Assembly: GCA_965248265.1 (NCBI GenBank)
Contig: CBDFJF010000002.1
Coordinates: 2,880,001-2,944,000, forward strand
Direction: 5' to 3'
Length of the DNA stretch: 64,000 bases
From: Candidatus Latescibacterota bacterium
GTDB lineage: Bacteria > Latescibacterota > UBA2968 > UBA8231
Each line of letters opens with the position of its first letter. Position 1 is the first letter of the stretch. Positions 28,722 through 38,949 of this stretch are shown here, in pieces. The notes below the pieces were generated by a model that worked only from the letters and a program-made list of their open reading frames with translations, had not been told where the DNA came from and made no database searches. The translations under genes were made by a program, and so were the position numbers.

Positions 28722-29321
28722 ATGAAAAAGGTCGTGTTGATCGGAGATTGTATCCGGAGAAGCTACCAGCCTACCGTGCAGGAGGAGCTTGCGGAGGTGG
28801 CCGAGGTCTGGGGGCCAGTGGAGACCATCAAGACGACACGCGATGTACTTGAGCAACTGGACGAGTGGGTGCTGACACCTGAGCTGGATCTATTCCACTT
28901 CAACTGTGGTCTTCACGAGATTCGGCGGTTCAAACCGGAGGATCCGCAGCGGGTGCCGCTGCCGGAGTTCAGACAGAATCTCGACCAGATATTCGGCCGG
29001 ATCAGGACGAACACGGCAACCTCAATCACGTGGGCGCACACCACGCCGATCTTCCACGAGTGGCGTGACAAGCTCAACTCCTTCGGACGCAAGGAGACCG
29101 ACGTGCTCGAATACAATGCGGCGGCAGTCGAAGTCGCCGATCGCTACTGTGTGCCTATCGTCGACCTGCACCGTGTAACGGTCGAGAATGGTATGGAGCG
29201 GTACATGGCGCGCAATGGCCTGCATTTCACGCCGGAAGGCTACGTGCTTCTCGGGAAGGCTGTCGCAGATGTGATCAGGCAGGAGCTCGAGGGTTCGGAC
29301 CACGGTTCTGGTTCGGCCTGA
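28722..29321 (+). CDS. SGNH/GDSL hydrolase with atypical GDC and NGLH motifs
   Basis: VVLIGDCIR, FNCGLHE, TTP, YNAAA, NGLHFTPEGY. Confidence 0.85.
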   Translation: MKKVVLIGDCIRRSYQPTVQEELAEVAEVWGPVETIKTTRDVLEQLDEWVLTPELDLFHFNCGLHEIRRFKPEDPQRVPLPEFRQNLDQIFGRIRTNTATSITWAHTTPIFHEWRDKLNSFGRKETDVLEYNAAAVEVADRYCVPIVDLHRVTVENGMERYMARNGLHFTPEGYVLLGKAVADVIRQELEGSDHGSGSA

Positions 29322-29345
29322 GGTGCCAATCCCGACGTCGGCCAA

Positions 29346-32270
29346 TCACTTTTCGGCGATCAGCTTCACCGGCTTCCAGATTCCTCCGCCCCACGGGCCG
29401 TAGTCGACGACGCGGACGGCGATGGTATTGTCCCGCCCGGCTTCAAGAACCTCGCTGACGTCGATGAGGAATCGCTTCTTCCACGGATCACCTGGTGCAT
29501 ACGCCCAGCCGTCCATGTTGTGCTGGCCGGCGAGCTGGCCGTTGACGTAAACCTCTGCACCATGAGCGACGGCCCCGAAGGCGAGGTGGATCTTCTTGCC
29601 CGCAGGGAGGATCGGTGCGCGGAGGGTCTGGCGATACCAGCCGTAACCGTCGTACGCACGGTACCCATGGTTGTCCCACGGCAGCCCCGAGTCGATGAGT
29701 GACCAGGTGCTGTCGTCGAGCTCGGGATCGGACCAGCCGTCCTGGAGACCGAGATTTCTCCAGTCGGCCCGGAACCGCCAGCGGCTCGACAGCTCCGCCA
29801 CCGGTAAGTTATCGTCCCACAGGTCGCCGAAGGTCGCTTCCTCATCATACGCGTCGAAGGGCAGTTCGTGGGAGCTCCCGGCACTGTCCGGTACGGTCGC
29901 GATGTCCGTGCGACGGAAGTTCGTTTTCGCGTCGTCTTCCCGGAGCGCGAGGTAGGGGTCGGGGTTGCGCAATGGGGGAGGATGGGGCTGCGGGTGACGG
30001 GCAGAAACAATGGCGTCCCGGTACTCCTGGGAAATGAAGGTCTCGTGTTCGCCCTTGTCCCACCAGTCGCATCTGCCGTTGTAGACCCACACGTATTCGT
30101 CCGAGTGCCTGAGCGCCTGGTGGAGGGCGTACTCGAATTCGGCGGGCGTGTAGTAGTTGCCTCCGCTCTCCGATGAGAACTCGAAGCGCTGCACCGGTCC
30201 GAGAAAGAGGGCAAATCCGACCCGGAAATGTTCATCGAACTTCTCTTCCGGAGCGCGGCTGACCTGGCGTAGCGTCTGTTTGGCGAAACGGCGGGCTGAC
30301 GAGAACGAGACGGCGGCGCGGTAGTCGAGGCCCATCAGGCCGGTGATCTTTGCCTTACCCGTGGATTCGGACAACAGGCCGTCGACGAATGCCCGCAGCA
30401 AGGCGAAATGGGCGTCGTCGTCGGATGATCCGCGCGATTCGGCGGGGCCGTTGATGAAGGCGATATGGATGTCGGGGTGCACTTCGTTGATCGCACGCAT
30501 GATCTGGGCGCCGCGCAGGAAGGTCTGCTCGGCATATTCGCGGGCACTCTTCGTGCTCTCGTACTTCAGTCCTCTATAGGACCACAAGTTAGTGGCGTAC
30601 CAGGCAGAGTCGGAGAACAGGATACCGGCCAGACCGGTCTGTCTGCAGAAATCGGCAGTGACCTTCCAGTTGTCGATGACGAAGTCGAATTCCTCATCGA
30701 ACCAGTCAGGCGGATCAAGCCGCTTGTTTCCGGTAGTCAGATAGGCCAGCAGGAAGTTATCCGTGAACTGCTTTGTCTTGGCCTGGGCGGCTCTCAGCTC
30801 CGTAATGCCAACGGCTGTGTCGTCGATTCTATCCCCGTTGTCGCGGAAGAGCCGGCCGATCGACTCGGTCTTGATACCATCCTCGTGGTGGAGCGCCGGG
30901 TAGAGGGTCGTGCCGTCGAAGGCCACTATCTCTTCCAACCACTCGACGTCCTGGCGGAATCTGCGAATGTTGCGGGACCCGCCGCCGAACATGATGATCT
31001 TCTTCGAGTCGCTGATCGGACCGCTTTCGGTGACAATTTCACTCGTCGCCCGCTGCGGCGTGACATAGGCGGGCAGGTTGCGGCGCGTCGGCAGCTCGGG
31101 GACGCGACGGCGAACCGATTTCAGTACATCCCTGTATGGCTGGGAGATGTAAATACCTCCCTCTTCATCCCACCACCTGCACTTGCCCTCGGTATAGACC
31201 CAGACGTACTCGTCTGTGTGCTGGATTGCCTGGTACAGGGAGTACTCGAATTCCTCGGGGGTGTAGTAGTAGACCTCCGCCTCCCCACGCAGCAGGCCCT
31301 CGGTGTTTTCATGGTTGTCGGCAAAGCCGTAATTCTCGTAGCCTCCGATGTAGAAGGGGAAAGCGGCGCGGAAATGCCTGTCGAACTGCGCGGGGACGCG
31401 GCTGAGGTCGCGCATCTCCTCTTTCATGATGTGGCGGGCGGCGGCGAAGTCGGAAGGAGAGCGAAGTCCGTAGGCCTTCTCGTACCCGTCGATGATCTGA
31501 GCCTCGCCCGTGGACTCCGAAAGCAGTCCGTCGAAGAACGCGCGCATGAGTCCGTAGACGGAGTCGGGGTCACCGAGCCGATCACCGCGTCCCTCGCCTG
31601 GACCGTGGAGGGAGATGATCTTGATGTCCGGGTAGACCTCATTGATCGTCCGCATGATCTGGGCCCCGCGCAGGAACGCCTGATCAGCGTACTCCTTTGC
31701 GCTCTTAATGTCGTGATACTTGAGCCCCTTGCCCCGGTAGGTCCACAGGTTCGCGCCGTAGTAGACCTCGTCGTCGAACATGAGTCCCTCGAGGCCGCCC
31801 TGCTTGCAGAACTGGGCGGCGACCTGCCAGTTGTGGATGACCGCATCGAATTCGGGGTCGAACCAATCGGGAGGATCGACAGTGACGTCGCCGGTGGTCA
31901 GGTAGGAGAGCAGGAAGTTGTGCTTGAAGCGGGTGGCTTTGGCCTCAACGGCCTGCAGGTCGGCGATGGACTGGCTGAAGTCCTCGATACGATACCGGTT
32001 GGTGCGGAAGAGCCGGCCGATGACGATTTTTTTGTCGCCACCGTCGGAGACCGGCGGAAAGATGGCGATGCCGTCGAAGGCGGCCAGCTTTTCCATGCGC
32101 TCGATGTCGCGCAGCAGCGTGCTGGGCCCCCGATGGCCTCCCCCCATCAGGATGATCTTCTTCGAGGGGTCGATTACCTGCGACAAATTGATTGACTGCG
32201 CTCCGGCTTCCACGCCAGCCAGTACAGTTACGGAGCACAGTATTGTCAGTGCTGCTCGCCTCGTTTTCAT
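29346..32270 (-). CDS. Secreted protein with two tandem GH-like barrel repeats and a C-terminal GH2-type sugar-binding domain
   Basis: Signal peptide. Repeats begin SKKIILMGGG and SKKIIMFGGG. C-terminus WRFRAD...YDGYGWYRQ...FGAV...VYVNG...NTIAVRV...GGIWKPV. Confidence 0.8.
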   Translation of the reverse strand: MKTRRAALTILCSVTVLAGVEAGAQSINLSQVIDPSKKIILMGGGHRGPSTLLRDIERMEKLAAFDGIAIFPPVSDGGDKKIVIGRLFRTNRYRIEDFSQSIADLQAVEAKATRFKHNFLLSYLTTGDVTVDPPDWFDPEFDAVIHNWQVAAQFCKQGGLEGLMFDDEVYYGANLWTYRGKGLKYHDIKSAKEYADQAFLRGAQIMRTINEVYPDIKIISLHGPGEGRGDRLGDPDSVYGLMRAFFDGLLSESTGEAQIIDGYEKAYGLRSPSDFAAARHIMKEEMRDLSRVPAQFDRHFRAAFPFYIGGYENYGFADNHENTEGLLRGEAEVYYYTPEEFEYSLYQAIQHTDEYVWVYTEGKCRWWDEEGGIYISQPYRDVLKSVRRRVPELPTRRNLPAYVTPQRATSEIVTESGPISDSKKIIMFGGGSRNIRRFRQDVEWLEEIVAFDGTTLYPALHHEDGIKTESIGRLFRDNGDRIDDTAVGITELRAAQAKTKQFTDNFLLAYLTTGNKRLDPPDWFDEEFDFVIDNWKVTADFCRQTGLAGILFSDSAWYATNLWSYRGLKYESTKSAREYAEQTFLRGAQIMRAINEVHPDIHIAFINGPAESRGSSDDDAHFALLRAFVDGLLSESTGKAKITGLMGLDYRAAVSFSSARRFAKQTLRQVSRAPEEKFDEHFRVGFALFLGPVQRFEFSSESGGNYYTPAEFEYALHQALRHSDEYVWVYNGRCDWWDKGEHETFISQEYRDAIVSARHPQPHPPPLRNPDPYLALREDDAKTNFRRTDIATVPDSAGSSHELPFDAYDEEATFGDLWDDNLPVAELSSRWRFRADWRNLGLQDGWSDPELDDSTWSLIDSGLPWDNHGYRAYDGYGWYRQTLRAPILPAGKKIHLAFGAVAHGAEVYVNGQLAGQHNMDGWAYAPGDPWKKRFLIDVSEVLEAGRDNTIAVRVVDYGPWGGGIWKPVKLIAEK

Positions 32271-32320
32271 GGTCGATCTCCTATCTATCTACAACATCCT
32301 CTGCGAGAGCGGACCTGGGT

Positions 32321-33850
32321 TCAGGCGTCGGCAAACTGAAAGCCGTAGAGGGCCGCGTTTTTCAGGTAGAACCTCAACTTCACCGGGCCCCGGATCTCGT
32401 GGACCTCCTGCCTCGCGGACCAGCGCACGGGATGGTGGACGTTGTCTCCGGTGAACATCTCGCACTGATCTTTGGCGTAATCGGGCCAGACGTTGTTCCA
32501 GTGGTCCATCACTTCGACCAGGATGTAGCCATCTGGATCACAACGTCCGTTGATGAACAGACGCTTGCCGGCTGAGAGCATCGGTTTGGTCTCGATCCAA
32601 CCTTCCCGCACGGTGGCGTCCAGGGAGACGTAGCCGTCCAGCCTCAAGGTTGCCAGACACAGATGGTGGCCGTGCTTACCGATCTCCCAATCGTGTGCCT
32701 CGGGCACGTCCGGCCGCAGGTCGGCCGACAGAATCCACCAGTCGTGGTGCACCTTCATGCCACCGTAGTAGAACCGGATCTCGTCGCCGACGACAAAGGG
32801 TTGCACCGGGGTCTCGACGCCAAACTCATCGTAGCTGCCTTCGCCGCCTCGCGGTACGAACGGCTGATGATCGACGAAGCGCTTCCAGTCTTCCCCGTCA
32901 CGGCTATGGAAGAGGTACATGTCCATGGTGTTATCGACGGCGTGCAGGACATTGAGCAGACCCAGGTGCATCTCTCCGGCGCGCCATGGGACAAAACCAT
33001 AGAGGCCATCGTCGAGGTTCCAGTCGCCTTTGGGATCCCACACCAGTTCGGCGTCGGCCCATGTGACGAGGTCCACGCTCTCGGTGCGATAGACGCGTCG
33101 GCGGGTGCCCCAGATGCCGACGGGCCGGGCCGGCCAAACCGGTGAGAACCAGGTGTCCATGTCGGGGTGGGCGCTGCCACCGGCGGCGCCACCCATGCGG
33201 CCCCAGAGCACGTATTTCCCGTCGATCTCGTCGTAGGTCAGGATACCGACGTCGCCCTGCCAGCTGGGGATGATGGGGTTGTCCGGATGCGGAACCCAAT
33301 CGATGCCGTCGGCGGAGAACTGCATGTCCAGGCCTCCGGGTGCGCCGCTGCGATCTCGATGGTCGTGATGCAGGTGACTCATCTTGAAGCGCCGGCTCGG
33401 GTCGGTTTCACTCGGATCGAGCAGAAACGAAGGGTTGTCAACCATGACGTCATCGGGAACGAAGATGGCGTTGGTGTCGTGACCGTCGAGGACGTGCTTA
33501 CCGAGGATCGGTTTTTCCCAGTTCAGTCCGTCATCCGACTGGGCGTAGAGCAGACGCTGCTTGCTGGGAAGGCCAACGTCGAAGTACTCGTAGAAGTCTT
33601 CATACCAACAGCGAAAGAGCGACGCCTCGGTATCGTGCTTGACATTGAACGTACTGGTCCGAAAGTAGGGAGTGACCTCCCAGGGTTTGTCGCGTTTGAT
33701 CAGCGGATTGGCCGGGTGCTTGACGGGAGTGTGCTGGCGGCGAGTGATGTTCTTGACGACGGCTACGACGTCGTCATCGATGAACAGTTGTCGCGTATCG
33801 CCGACGGCCTTGTAAACCTTTTCTTCCGTGTATGCGACGTTCATCGTCAC
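32321..33850 (-). CDS. GH32/GH43-clan-like five-bladed beta-propeller protein
   Basis: RQLFIDD, KHPANP, YAQSDDGLNWEKP, SRDGEDW, LRLDGYVSL. Confidence 0.75.
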   Translation of the reverse strand: MTMNVAYTEEKVYKAVGDTRQLFIDDDVVAVVKNITRRQHTPVKHPANPLIKRDKPWEVTPYFRTSTFNVKHDTEASLFRCWYEDFYEYFDVGLPSKQRLLYAQSDDGLNWEKPILGKHVLDGHDTNAIFVPDDVMVDNPSFLLDPSETDPSRRFKMSHLHHDHRDRSGAPGGLDMQFSADGIDWVPHPDNPIIPSWQGDVGILTYDEIDGKYVLWGRMGGAAGGSAHPDMDTWFSPVWPARPVGIWGTRRRVYRTESVDLVTWADAELVWDPKGDWNLDDGLYGFVPWRAGEMHLGLLNVLHAVDNTMDMYLFHSRDGEDWKRFVDHQPFVPRGGEGSYDEFGVETPVQPFVVGDEIRFYYGGMKVHHDWWILSADLRPDVPEAHDWEIGKHGHHLCLATLRLDGYVSLDATVREGWIETKPMLSAGKRLFINGRCDPDGYILVEVMDHWNNVWPDYAKDQCEMFTGDNVHHPVRWSARQEVHEIRGPVKLRFYLKNAALYGFQFADA

Positions 33851-33873
33851 CTCTCCGGATGAAGACCAGGGGG

Positions 33874-35421
33874 TTAGAACTCGGCGGCAGGCACGAGACT
33901 GTCGCCGGCTGCCGTGGTCGCCTGAAACGCGAATGCCCAGCCCCCGTGGTTGGATCCCAGCCTGTTGCTGAGTTTGAGGACGATGGTGTTAACCCCTGCC
34001 TTCAATTGTGCCTGAACGGACTCGGTCCGGAAGGCGTGATGGGTGCCCATGTCGTCGCGCTCGCCGTTGAGGCTCAGCACCAGATGATCGTCCCAGGACA
34101 GTTTCAGGCTCGCTGAGGTTTCTGCCTCCACTTCAAGGACACATCGTGCAATCGCCACGCCGGGATGGGTCTTGCCCACGCCCCAGGCAAAGGGCCGGAA
34201 CACGTGGTTGAAGTCGACGAAGCCGTGAAGGGCAGGTCGCTTGATCCAGCGAGCTATGTCGCGACCAAGCTCACGTGAGCCCTCGGTCAGCCAGCCTGAA
34301 TCCTGCTCGTGTTTGCCGTCATAGGACTGCTCAGGTGAGAACTCGCTTTCGGGCGCAAGTGTCGACTCCATGGCGCAGTCGTTCTCGTTTCCAAACGGAC
34401 CACACAGCCACCACTCACCGCTGGTTGGCAGCGGCAGGTCACAGATACCCCGCAGCAGCTCTTCTCCGGGCAGCAACTGGGTCCACTCCGGCATGCGAAA
34501 GAACGGACGCACCGGCTGCTCCTGGTACCAGTACACGGTAGAGCAGATGTCATTGGACATGCTGCCGAAGCGCATGTGGATGGATTCCCGAAAGGGGATG
34601 GCATCGTGATCGAAGAAGCGGTAGCCGACCACTCGGTGAGCCACTCGCGCTTGAGTCACATCTTCGTGCACGTAGTAGGGCATGGCCGCGTAGTGGTGGG
34701 TCTCGGGAGGGTGGAGGGCGCCCCCGTAGCCCTCGCCGAAGGTGTCTTCACCGCCAATGCCCCGCAGGTAAGCCGGGTGCTCGCCTTCACCGTCGAGGTA
34801 GATGTTGTCGGCGCCACCGTGGCTCCAGCGGTCGGCGTCGTCCAGCAGGCGCACGCCGTAGATGAACCCGAGCAGCTGTCCAGGTCCGTCCGCATCTAGC
34901 ATCAGGAAGTCTTCGCCGTAACGCTGCGTCGGCATTTCCCGCCGCCAGCGCGCACAGAATCGGCGAGGCTCACTCATCACCTGCTCGGGATAGCGATCCC
35001 AGTCGACCTCCAGGATGACGAAGTTCTGCTCGTCGGAGCTTTCGAATTCGATGCGCGCGCTTTGCGCGAAGGGCATGGGGAAATAGCAGTTGTAGCCGTT
35101 CCACGCCTTGATGGACAGGTAGTGGTTGTCGATGGGGTACCAGTCCTGGCCGTGCATGACGCCGAAGAAGTCTCCGACTGGCGACTCCACGTACGGCACA
35201 GGGTTGTCATCGAAGTAGATGCGGATGACGACCTTGCGGCTCTTGGCGTAGCGATCCTTCGGTGTGTGCGGAGCGTTCGGTTGTCCGCCTGACACCACCA
35301 GGAGGTGGCGAATACAGCCCGGCCCATCCAGCTGCGCGCCCGTGAATGTCTCACCGGGTTGCAGGTTGATGTTGATGCTGACGCGGTCCGGTACCGCGAC
35401 CTGAGGAAGCTGCAGCTGCAT
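33874..35421 (-). CDS. DUF2961 (GH172-like) protein with C-terminal beta-sandwich
   Basis: GPGCIRH, IRIYFD, PVGDFFG, NCYFPMPF, GIGGEDTF, STVYWYQ. Confidence 0.88.
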   Translation of the reverse strand: MQLQLPQVAVPDRVSININLQPGETFTGAQLDGPGCIRHLLVVSGGQPNAPHTPKDRYAKSRKVVIRIYFDDNPVPYVESPVGDFFGVMHGQDWYPIDNHYLSIKAWNGYNCYFPMPFAQSARIEFESSDEQNFVILEVDWDRYPEQVMSEPRRFCARWRREMPTQRYGEDFLMLDADGPGQLLGFIYGVRLLDDADRWSHGGADNIYLDGEGEHPAYLRGIGGEDTFGEGYGGALHPPETHHYAAMPYYVHEDVTQARVAHRVVGYRFFDHDAIPFRESIHMRFGSMSNDICSTVYWYQEQPVRPFFRMPEWTQLLPGEELLRGICDLPLPTSGEWWLCGPFGNENDCAMESTLAPESEFSPEQSYDGKHEQDSGWLTEGSRELGRDIARWIKRPALHGFVDFNHVFRPFAWGVGKTHPGVAIARCVLEVEAETSASLKLSWDDHLVLSLNGERDDMGTHHAFRTESVQAQLKAGVNTIVLKLSNRLGSNHGGWAFAFQATTAAGDSLVPAAEF

Positions 35422-35438
35422 CTGGTAGGCTAAGCCAC

Positions 35439-36539
35439 TTATCCGACAGCCCCTCCCATTTCCTTGGCGGCCGATGCCTTGATCTGCTCCGTGTACTGCT
35501 CCGGGCTCATGACTTCCTTCTTGTTGAGGAAGCGGCTTGGGGCTGGGAAGATCTTGAGACTGCGGTCGGCGATCGGGAAGTCGACCTTGGTGATGCCGTT
35601 GCGGTGTGATTCGCGCAGACCGATGGCGATTTCCAACACCCTGCGCATGTTGGCGCCGCTGCAGCGTGGCTCGATGCCCTGGTCCAGGGACTCGACGATG
35701 GACTGGATGCCGCCGCGCTGGCGGGTGCCGCTGGGCATGATCCAGTCATTGCGGTCGCCGAATTCGTCGAAGAAGTCCTCCTCGAGCTCCGCGTGCGCCT
35801 TACCGCGCCACAGGTGTCCGGTGGACCAGTTGGTGTGGTAGACGCCCTCGCTGCAGATGACCTCGATGCCTGCCAGGGCGCCGCGTTGACCGTGGATGTA
35901 GGCTTCGATGCCGTTCTTGAAGCGGATGTGGCCGGCCATGTTCTGATCGTCGTCGCTGCTGGGATCGTCGCCGCACCAGCCGACTACCCAGTCAACATCG
36001 GCGTCGTCGGCGAACAGTCGCAGGACACTCAGACCCTGACAACCGCCGCCCGAGATTTCGTTCGTCGACTGGTATAGGTTGATACTCTGGACTTCACCGA
36101 GCTCGCCCGAGTCGATGAGGCGCTTGACCTTCCAATGCTGGGGCATGTTGCGGTAGGCGTCGCCGGAGGCCAGGTGGATGCGGCGGGAGGCGCACTCTTC
36201 GACCATGTTGTCCGATTCTTCCAGGCTGAGGGCCATTGGTTTTTCACAATAGATGGCCTTTACTCCGGGCGTCCTGGCGCAGTCGATGACGACCTGGGCA
36301 TTCGGTTTTACCGGCAGGATAGGGGCGAGGATGTCGAGCTCTTCCTTCTCCAGCATTTCTTTGTAGTCAGCATAGCCGGTCACTGGAAAACGCCCGAGGA
36401 AGATCTCGAGATTGGAGGCGTCCGAATCAGCGCCCGCGACGATCTCGGTGCGAGGATTTCCTTCATACCCCCGGGCATGCCCGTGGCCTTTGCGACCGAC
36501 GCCGATCATGCCGACGCGGTAGGTCTTGTCAGCTGCCAT
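35439..36539 (-). CDS. Gfo/Idh/MocA oxidoreductase
   Basis: IGVGRKG, CEKPMA, GELGEV. Confidence 0.9.
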   Translation of the reverse strand: MAADKTYRVGMIGVGRKGHGHARGYEGNPRTEIVAGADSDASNLEIFLGRFPVTGYADYKEMLEKEELDILAPILPVKPNAQVVIDCARTPGVKAIYCEKPMALSLEESDNMVEECASRRIHLASGDAYRNMPQHWKVKRLIDSGELGEVQSINLYQSTNEISGGGCQGLSVLRLFADDADVDWVVGWCGDDPSSDDDQNMAGHIRFKNGIEAYIHGQRGALAGIEVICSEGVYHTNWSTGHLWRGKAHAELEEDFFDEFGDRNDWIMPSGTRQRGGIQSIVESLDQGIEPRCSGANMRRVLEIAIGLRESHRNGITKVDFPIADRSLKIFPAPSRFLNKKEVMSPEQYTEQIKASAAKEMGGAVG

Positions 36540-36725
36540 GTACCGTTAGCTCCTGGTGTGCTTTCGGCTCTTGTAGTTACTCACATTTTCTGTCTGATAC
36601 AATAGGCCGGGACTCAGGTGATTGCCAATCCGGCGGCGTCTCGAATTGCACTGAGATCATTGGAGCGTACGAAAAGTGCCACACGGACATGAACGCTGCC
36701 CGGACTCATCAGCCAGCGGTCTGTG

Positions 36726-37784
36726 CTACGGAGGGCCCAGACGGTAGAAGGAGTCGTCCGGTGTGCCCTTGAAGCAGCCGAGGACCCAGGGATAGGTGTT
36801 GATGACGACGTAGCCGTACTGGCCGTCGACGACCATGCCGTTGCATTCATCCAGGTCACCCGCGCCCTCGGAGTATTCGTAATCCCCGCGGAACTGGCCA
36901 TCGTAGTTAGAGCTGGCAACCGATCCACGTCCGCCTTCGGGGGTGGTGTAACCGGCCACATCCTGTCTGGGTCCGCCATCGTCCTTGAGGATGTAACTGG
37001 AGACGGCACGACGGACGGTACCGCCGTCGTCGATGCAGGAACCGAAGATGGGGAAGCCGTCTCCGGCGAATCCGACGACGGGTGATGCGGTCGTGGCACT
37101 GGCGCAGTCACTGGAGAACATGGCCATGGGGTCGCCATGGTAGTGATACGTTCCATCCGGTTGCGTGTGGGCATTGTTGCGATCAGTGCCGAACTCGTTC
37201 AGCGGTGACATCGGATCATAACGCCAGGGGTTGTCGTTCTGGTCGGGCCCGCAACCGATCTTCTCCCTGCCCAGCGGTTCGTTCCCGACGTCGTAGCAGG
37301 CGGCCGCCAGCAGATCGAGCTTGACGCCGTTGAGGAAGATGGCGTCGTCGCCGAGGACGAGCTCGGTTGCAGCGCCGGCGATGGCCGGCGTCGCCGTCAT
37401 CTCGTAGGTGACATCCTGGGCGGATACGACCGTCGCAAAGCTGCCGCCGTCATTGAAGTCGTGGTTCGGGATGGCATTGGTTTCGAACACGCAGGTGGTG
37501 CCGAACAGCGTGATCGTCAGGTCGCCGGCAAACGAGGTTCCGCGCTGCACATCCATCACATCCGACACGTAGATCGCCGCGTAATCGGCGCAGCTGCCCT
37601 CGCGTCTGGTAAAAATGGCATCCGTAATGTCGTTGTCGGCGACATCCGGCTGTTCGCCATCATCATCGTTGTCCGGTTGCTCATCGTCGACAACCGGTTG
37701 GTTCGTCGGGGCCGAAGAGCTATCGCTGCCGCAGTCGGTGATCGCGATAAGGAGCAGACAGATTGGAAGCAAGATTATTCTCAT
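36726..37784 (-). CDS. YHYH domain lipoprotein
   Basis: ITDC lipobox-like site, NAIPNH, NAHTQPDGTYHYH, GFAGDGFPIFG, GDLDECNG. Confidence 0.9.
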   Translation of the reverse strand: MRIILLPICLLLIAITDCGSDSSSAPTNQPVVDDEQPDNDDDGEQPDVADNDITDAIFTRREGSCADYAAIYVSDVMDVQRGTSFAGDLTITLFGTTCVFETNAIPNHDFNDGGSFATVVSAQDVTYEMTATPAIAGAATELVLGDDAIFLNGVKLDLLAAACYDVGNEPLGREKIGCGPDQNDNPWRYDPMSPLNEFGTDRNNAHTQPDGTYHYHGDPMAMFSSDCASATTASPVVGFAGDGFPIFGSCIDDGGTVRRAVSSYILKDDGGPRQDVAGYTTPEGGRGSVASSNYDGQFRGDYEYSEGAGDLDECNGMVVDGQYGYVVINTYPWVLGCFKGTPDDSFYRLGPP

Positions 37785-38947
37785 TCCGCAAGACGTTCGT
37801 CTTCAGCGATCATCCAGTCATTGTATGGGCGAGGGAAGGTAGGGGGATCGCCAAGGCCGTGCTCGCGCCGCCAGCGCAGCAGTGGATGGTTGCGATCCTG
37901 CTGCGGTAGAGACACTTGGTGGCCGTAAGCGATGGATTCGAACAATCCCATCATGATCTCAATCACGTGGAGTCCCGCCCCACCGCTGCACTCGTGATCG
38001 CGGCCCTCGTCCAGAGCGGTGACGTAGTCCTCGACGTACCAGTATTCCTCTACGTTATGACCGGAGTCCGGATCGAAGCCCTCGGGGAAGACGGATTCCA
38101 GGTGTTGCCACTCCTCCAAACCGGGCATGTAGTGCGGCGTCGGCACGTACATGGCGTTCGGTTTCTCGGAGCGATACAACAGGCTGGCTATCAGCAGGCG
38201 GCCCTCGTTGCCGCACAACTCCAGCATCGGGGGAACCCGAGTGGGATAGCGGTGATGCAGTAGGGTGCCGGTCACGCCGTTGTCGAACTCGAGCCATCCA
38301 GTAAGACGCTCACCCGTTATCGTGCCCATGCCCTGTGGTGATTGCACCACATCATCAGGAGTGACCGGACCTCCTCCCGTCATCGCGGTCCCGGAGATGG
38401 CGCAGCAGTTCCCGGCAAATTTCAACATCATGTTGATCATGTGGGTGCCGATGTTCATCAGGTCGTAGCCACCATAGTAGCCTTTGCCGTAGCCGTGGAT
38501 GTGCTGAAGCTCGCCGATGCGGCCGGCTTCGAGGGCGCCGGCGATGGCCCTGACGACCGCCCCTGTTCGGCCCTGATGATGAACGGCGATGCGTACGCCT
38601 TTCTCCGCTGCCTTGGCGACGACCTCGTCAGCTTGGACCAGGTCGACGCATAATGGCTTCTCGATATCAATGTGGACGCCGTGCTCGAGTACCCGCATGG
38701 CAAGGTCATAGTGGAACTCAGTCCCGGTTGGGATGGCGACGATGTCCGGCTCTGTCTCACGAATCATGGCATCCAGATCGTCGTAGCGGGCGTCGACACC
38801 CAGTTTATCACCAAGGGTATTCAGCAGCTCGGGAACCAGGTCGCAGAGTCCGACTACCTCTGTCCGCGGATGGGCGTGGTAACCTCCCGCCGCGGACGTG
38901 CCGCGGCCACGACATCCCAGAATGGCTACTCGATATGTCTTGGTCAT
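37781..38947 (-). CDS. Gfo/Idh/MocA oxidoreductase
   Basis: MTKTYRVAILGCRGRG, IEKPL, NIGTH. Confidence 0.9.
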   Translation of the reverse strand: MTKTYRVAILGCRGRGTSAAGGYHAHPRTEVVGLCDLVPELLNTLGDKLGVDARYDDLDAMIRETEPDIVAIPTGTEFHYDLAMRVLEHGVHIDIEKPLCVDLVQADEVVAKAAEKGVRIAVHHQGRTGAVVRAIAGALEAGRIGELQHIHGYGKGYYGGYDLMNIGTHMINMMLKFAGNCCAISGTAMTGGGPVTPDDVVQSPQGMGTITGERLTGWLEFDNGVTGTLLHHRYPTRVPPMLELCGNEGRLLIASLLYRSEKPNAMYVPTPHYMPGLEEWQHLESVFPEGFDPDSGHNVEEYWYVEDYVTALDEGRDHECSGGAGLHVIEIMMGLFESIAYGHQVSLPQQDRNHPLLRWRREHGLGDPPTFPRPYNDWMIAEDERLAE

Positions 38948-38949
38948 TA

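Noticed and set aside
30465-32195. Long antisense ORFs (also 25743-27227, most of 51902-52744, 38653-39660 and others)
   Set aside because: Shadows of real genes caused by GC-rich codon bias; no recognisable motifs
36675-36692. Minus-strand TGGCAC as a sigma-54 site
   Set aside because: No GC dinucleotide at the -12 position
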